Shown: piece after piece, positions 61,539 to 64,000 of the stretch | How positions within the stretch are numbered: the stretch's first letter is position 1 | Layout: each line of letters begins with the position of its first letter | Origin: Nitrospirota bacterium | GTDB taxonomy: Bacteria > Nitrospirota > Thermodesulfovibrionia > Thermodesulfovibrionales > Dissulfurispiraceae | Assembly (NCBI GenBank): GCA_040754455.1 | Contig: JBFMCP010000004.1 | Span: 32,001-96,000, forward strand | Reading direction: 5' to 3' | Length of the DNA stretch: 64,000 nt | Position numbers and translations under genes: made by a program | Notes under the pieces: model-generated | The model's database searches: none | What the model was told of the DNA's origin: nothing | Seen by the model: only the letters and a program-made list of their open reading frames with translations

Positions 61539-61916
61539 TTATTTCTTTTCTTTGGTGATCTCCACTGCAATCATCTTGCCGAGCTTCCCTTCATAAGGTA
61601 CGGACACCCTGTCTCCGACCTTAACATCTTTCAGACTCTTGTAACCGTTAAGCTTCGCTTTGCTCACGTCGAAGAGCATGGCCAGGTCGGTCTGCTCTCC
61701 TTTCGGCCCTTCTTTATTGACAATTATTGTTTTGGCCTTTTTGTTTACTTTGGAGACTACTCCTCTGTAGATATACTCTTGTTTCTTTCCCTCTTTTTTT
61801 TGCTCTGCTTGTTGGACCGGGGCTTTTTGTTCTGTCTGCTTTTCCTCGGCAAAGCCCGCTGCGACGAGTCCCGTCGTGGTGAATAGTGCTAAGGCGATTA
61901 TTCCGATCCTTCTCAT
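61539..61916 (-). CDS. Exported hypothetical protein (small beta-barrel/OB-like)
   Basis: Signal peptide ending GFA; GVVSKVNKKAKTIIV...LKDVKVGDRVSV.Y pattern; RBS AGGAGG. Confidence 0.75.
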   Translation of the reverse strand: MRRIGIIALALFTTTGLVAAGFAEEKQTEQKAPVQQAEQKKEGKKQEYIYRGVVSKVNKKAKTIIVNKEGPKGEQTDLAMLFDVSKAKLNGYKSLKDVKVGDRVSVPYEGKLGKMIAVEITKEKK

Positions 61917-61995
61917 CCTGCAAGCCTCCTTCTCCTCTCAATTCGCTATAAAGCGTTGTTCATGATTTTAGCATAACTGATTTATACCTTCAGCT

Positions 61996-62685
61996 TTAAA
62001 ACGTGGTGAAAGCAAAATAAATTCCGACTATCATCAGCACGGCGCCGCTGATCTTTTTTGAGTAGAGGGAGAAGTTCCCGACGCCCCTGGCGCGTATGAT
62101 ATTTTCAGTAAAGCCCATAGAGAGCCCGGCGATAAAGATGAGCGCACAGTGTCCGATTGCATAGACGAACAAAAGGGCGCCTCCGTAGAGGATATCACCT
62201 TGAGTCGATACATAGGCGAGGATGACCGCAAGCACCGGCGTTGCGCAGGGAGAAGAGACCGTGCCGGTGATGAGACCCAGCAGGAACGCCCCCCATAATC
62301 CTCTGGTCCTGATCTCCCGTGTTTTCTGAAAGGGGAGGGGGATCGCTATAATACCCATGAGCTGCAACCCCATCAGTACGGCAATGACGGCCAGTCCGAT
62401 GTAAAGCCATTTTCCCATAAAGCCGAGGAATTGTCCCATCACCGATGCCGCAGCGCCGAGCATGGTGAAGGTGATGGAGAGGCCGAGAATGAACACGAGG
62501 GAGTAGAGCGCGGCCTTTTTCTTGTTCCCTTCGGAATAGCCGCCCACATACCCGATTATCAACGGTATCGCAGCGAGAACGCAGGGGCTCGCTGCAGATA
62601 CGAGACCGCCAATGAATACGGCAAGGAAAGCAAGGCCGTGCTGGTCCTGGATGATTGATTGAATGTTGCTTAGAATTGTTTCCAC
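61996..62685 (-). CDS. ccdA: CcdA/DsbD-type transmembrane thiol-disulfide protein
   Basis: SPCVLAAIPL and SSPCATPVL; six TM helices. Confidence 0.85.
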   Translation of the reverse strand: METILSNIQSIIQDQHGLAFLAVFIGGLVSAASPCVLAAIPLIIGYVGGYSEGNKKKAALYSLVFILGLSITFTMLGAAASVMGQFLGFMGKWLYIGLAVIAVLMGLQLMGIIAIPLPFQKTREIRTRGLWGAFLLGLITGTVSSPCATPVLAVILAYVSTQGDILYGGALLFVYAIGHCALIFIAGLSMGFTENIIRARGVGNFSLYSKKISGAVLMIVGIYFAFTTF

Positions 62686-62692
62686 TTTATCT

Positions 62693-63409
62693 CTACTTCC
62701 CCTGCCTCAGCTTTTCCGCAAAATAAGAAGGCAGTCCGCTTTCGATAATCGCTGAAGCGGTCTTTTCGACATCATAGGGAATTCGAACAAATTCGTTTTT
62801 TACCCCATCCTGTGTTATCTCGACGAGGGTGATACAGGTCCTTGGGTCACCGTCTTTCGGCTTCCCGACGCTTCCGGCATTTATGAAGACCTTGCCCCCG
62901 ATATCCTTCCGGTATGGCTTATGGGTATGCCCGTAAATAAGGATGTCGGCATCTACCTTCTCAGCCATCTCTTCAAAGAACTTTTCCGGCCGCTCCTCAT
63001 ACCAGTAGAGATTATTTTTCTTTGGGGTTGCATGAAAAATTATCACCTTTTTACCGTCGACCGTTAAGGATATTTCAAAAGGCAGCGTTCTCATATACTC
63101 TTTACTCTTTGGGGATGCGTGCTTTTTCGTCCATTCGAAGCCCAATGATGACATCTCAGCCTGAATCGGATCTTCGTATTTGCATCCGCAATGCTCCGTG
63201 TCATTACCCACTGTTTCGTCGTAGTTGCCCTGCACTCCGCTGATTTTATGCTCGATGAGGAAATCTATTACCTCGTTTACAAAAGGCGCATATCCCCCCA
63301 GATCTCCGAGATGATATATCTGCTCCGCGCCTCTGGAAACAGCCTCCTGATACGCAGCTTTGAGGGCTTCCAGATTCCCATGAATATCTCCCAATATCCC
63401 TATTTTCAT
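62693..63409 (-). CDS. Calcineurin-like metallophosphoesterase with a CGC motif
   Basis: DIHGN, GDLGGY, GNYD, HCGC, GHTH, NAGSVGKPKDGDPR. Confidence 0.9.
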   Translation of the reverse strand: MKIGILGDIHGNLEALKAAYQEAVSRGAEQIYHLGDLGGYAPFVNEVIDFLIEHKISGVQGNYDETVGNDTEHCGCKYEDPIQAEMSSLGFEWTKKHASPKSKEYMRTLPFEISLTVDGKKVIIFHATPKKNNLYWYEERPEKFFEEMAEKVDADILIYGHTHKPYRKDIGGKVFINAGSVGKPKDGDPRTCITLVEITQDGVKNEFVRIPYDVEKTASAIIESGLPSYFAEKLRQGK

Positions 63410-63439
63410 TATTCCTCTCGACAGCGCCTGTGCGTTGCC

Positions 63440-63820
63440 TCACAAGCCCATCTTTTTTAATACAGGGACGATCTCCTCATAGGAGAAATAGCCCATATGT
63501 CTGTAGACTTCTTTGCCGTTTTTATCGAGAAAGACCTGTACAGGGATCATATACACGCCGTATCTCATCGCCGTCTCCCTGTCTTTCTTGACATCGATGA
63601 AGATCACCTCGAGCTTCCCCTTGTAATTTGTTGAGAGCTTTTGCATCACCGGCTTCATCTGTTCGCAGGGAATGCAGCCTACCGAGCCCAACTCCAACAT
63701 AACCACTTTGCCCTCTTTTTTCGCCTTTTTTAATGTCGCATCAAGCTGATCTGCACTGCTCAAGCCAGCTGTCAGCAGAATACTCAGTGCAACAATCGGG
63801 ACCAGCAATCTTTTTTTCAT
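63440..63820 (-). CDS. Exported thioredoxin-family protein
   Basis: Signal peptide, CIPC active site, cis-Pro IPVQVF. Confidence 0.88.
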   Translation of the reverse strand: MKKRLLVPIVALSILLTAGLSSADQLDATLKKAKKEGKVVMLELGSVGCIPCEQMKPVMQKLSTNYKGKLEVIFIDVKKDRETAMRYGVYMIPVQVFLDKNGKEVYRHMGYFSYEEIVPVLKKMGL

Positions 63821-63844
63821 TCTTCCCTCTCGTAAATTTTGATC

Positions 63845-64000
63845 TTAGAGCGGACTTGTCTCTTTTACTCTGCAATATTCCACTGTGAAGTATTTCCTCT
63901 GGAAATACCGTGCTACAGTAACGAGCCCGATAAGAACAGGCACCTCAACCAGGGGCCCTATGACTGCTGCAAAGGCCGCCCCTGAGTTGATCCCGAAGAC
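63845..64000 (-). CDS. acr3: Arsenite efflux transporter Acr3 (C-terminal part; runs off the window)
   Basis: My translation gives [27 protein letters not shown]...*; GPLVEVP is the Acr3 signature. Confidence 0.88.
   Translation of the reverse strand, partial: VFGINSGAAFAAVIGPLVEVPVLIGLVTVARYFQRKYFTVEYCRVKETSPL

Noticed and set aside
61996..63820. Selenocysteine recoding in the thiol-redox genes
   Set aside because: All active-site positions are ordinary Cys codons and the ORFs are full length.

Overview
This is a 64-kb bacterial chromosomal segment. Gene content suggests an anaerobic Nitrospirota (Thermodesulfovibrionia-like) or Desulfobacterota-like organism; that is inference only. Most of the window is housekeeping: ssrA/smpB, clpS-clpA-aat, hfq, guaBA, ispA-dxs-tlyA, ornithine decarboxylase-speE, CIRCE-hrcA-grpE-dnaK-dnaJ-rsmE, split class I fumarase, der, DUF4390-ntrY-ntrX, hisI, proA-nadD, ntrBC-like genes and rpsF-ssb-rpsR. 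Four things stand out. (1) About 15 palindromic arrays of degenerate 7- or 8-bp tandem repeats lie mostly just after stop codons. They also enter coding sequence (one arm encodes the signal peptide of the DUF4390 protein), and two of them carry the same nested 32-bp hairpin. (2) A PhnD-like binding protein, a CxxCH (heme c) sensor kinase and a sigma54 activator sit next to two divergent sigma54 promoters with three repeated CGGT-N6-ACCR sites. The promoters precede a secreted ~8-heme cytochrome and a single-domain response regulator, and an acr3 arsenic-type cluster follows. (3) A ZraSR/ZraP-like sigma54 module is split by a small island of decayed toxin-antitoxin and restriction gene fragments. 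(4) Several structured intergenic elements are present, including a likely S6:S18 leader, a 180-nt rod between dxs and tlyA, and a 138-bp MITE-like element. I found no integrase, transposase, CRISPR array, tRNA or rRNA.
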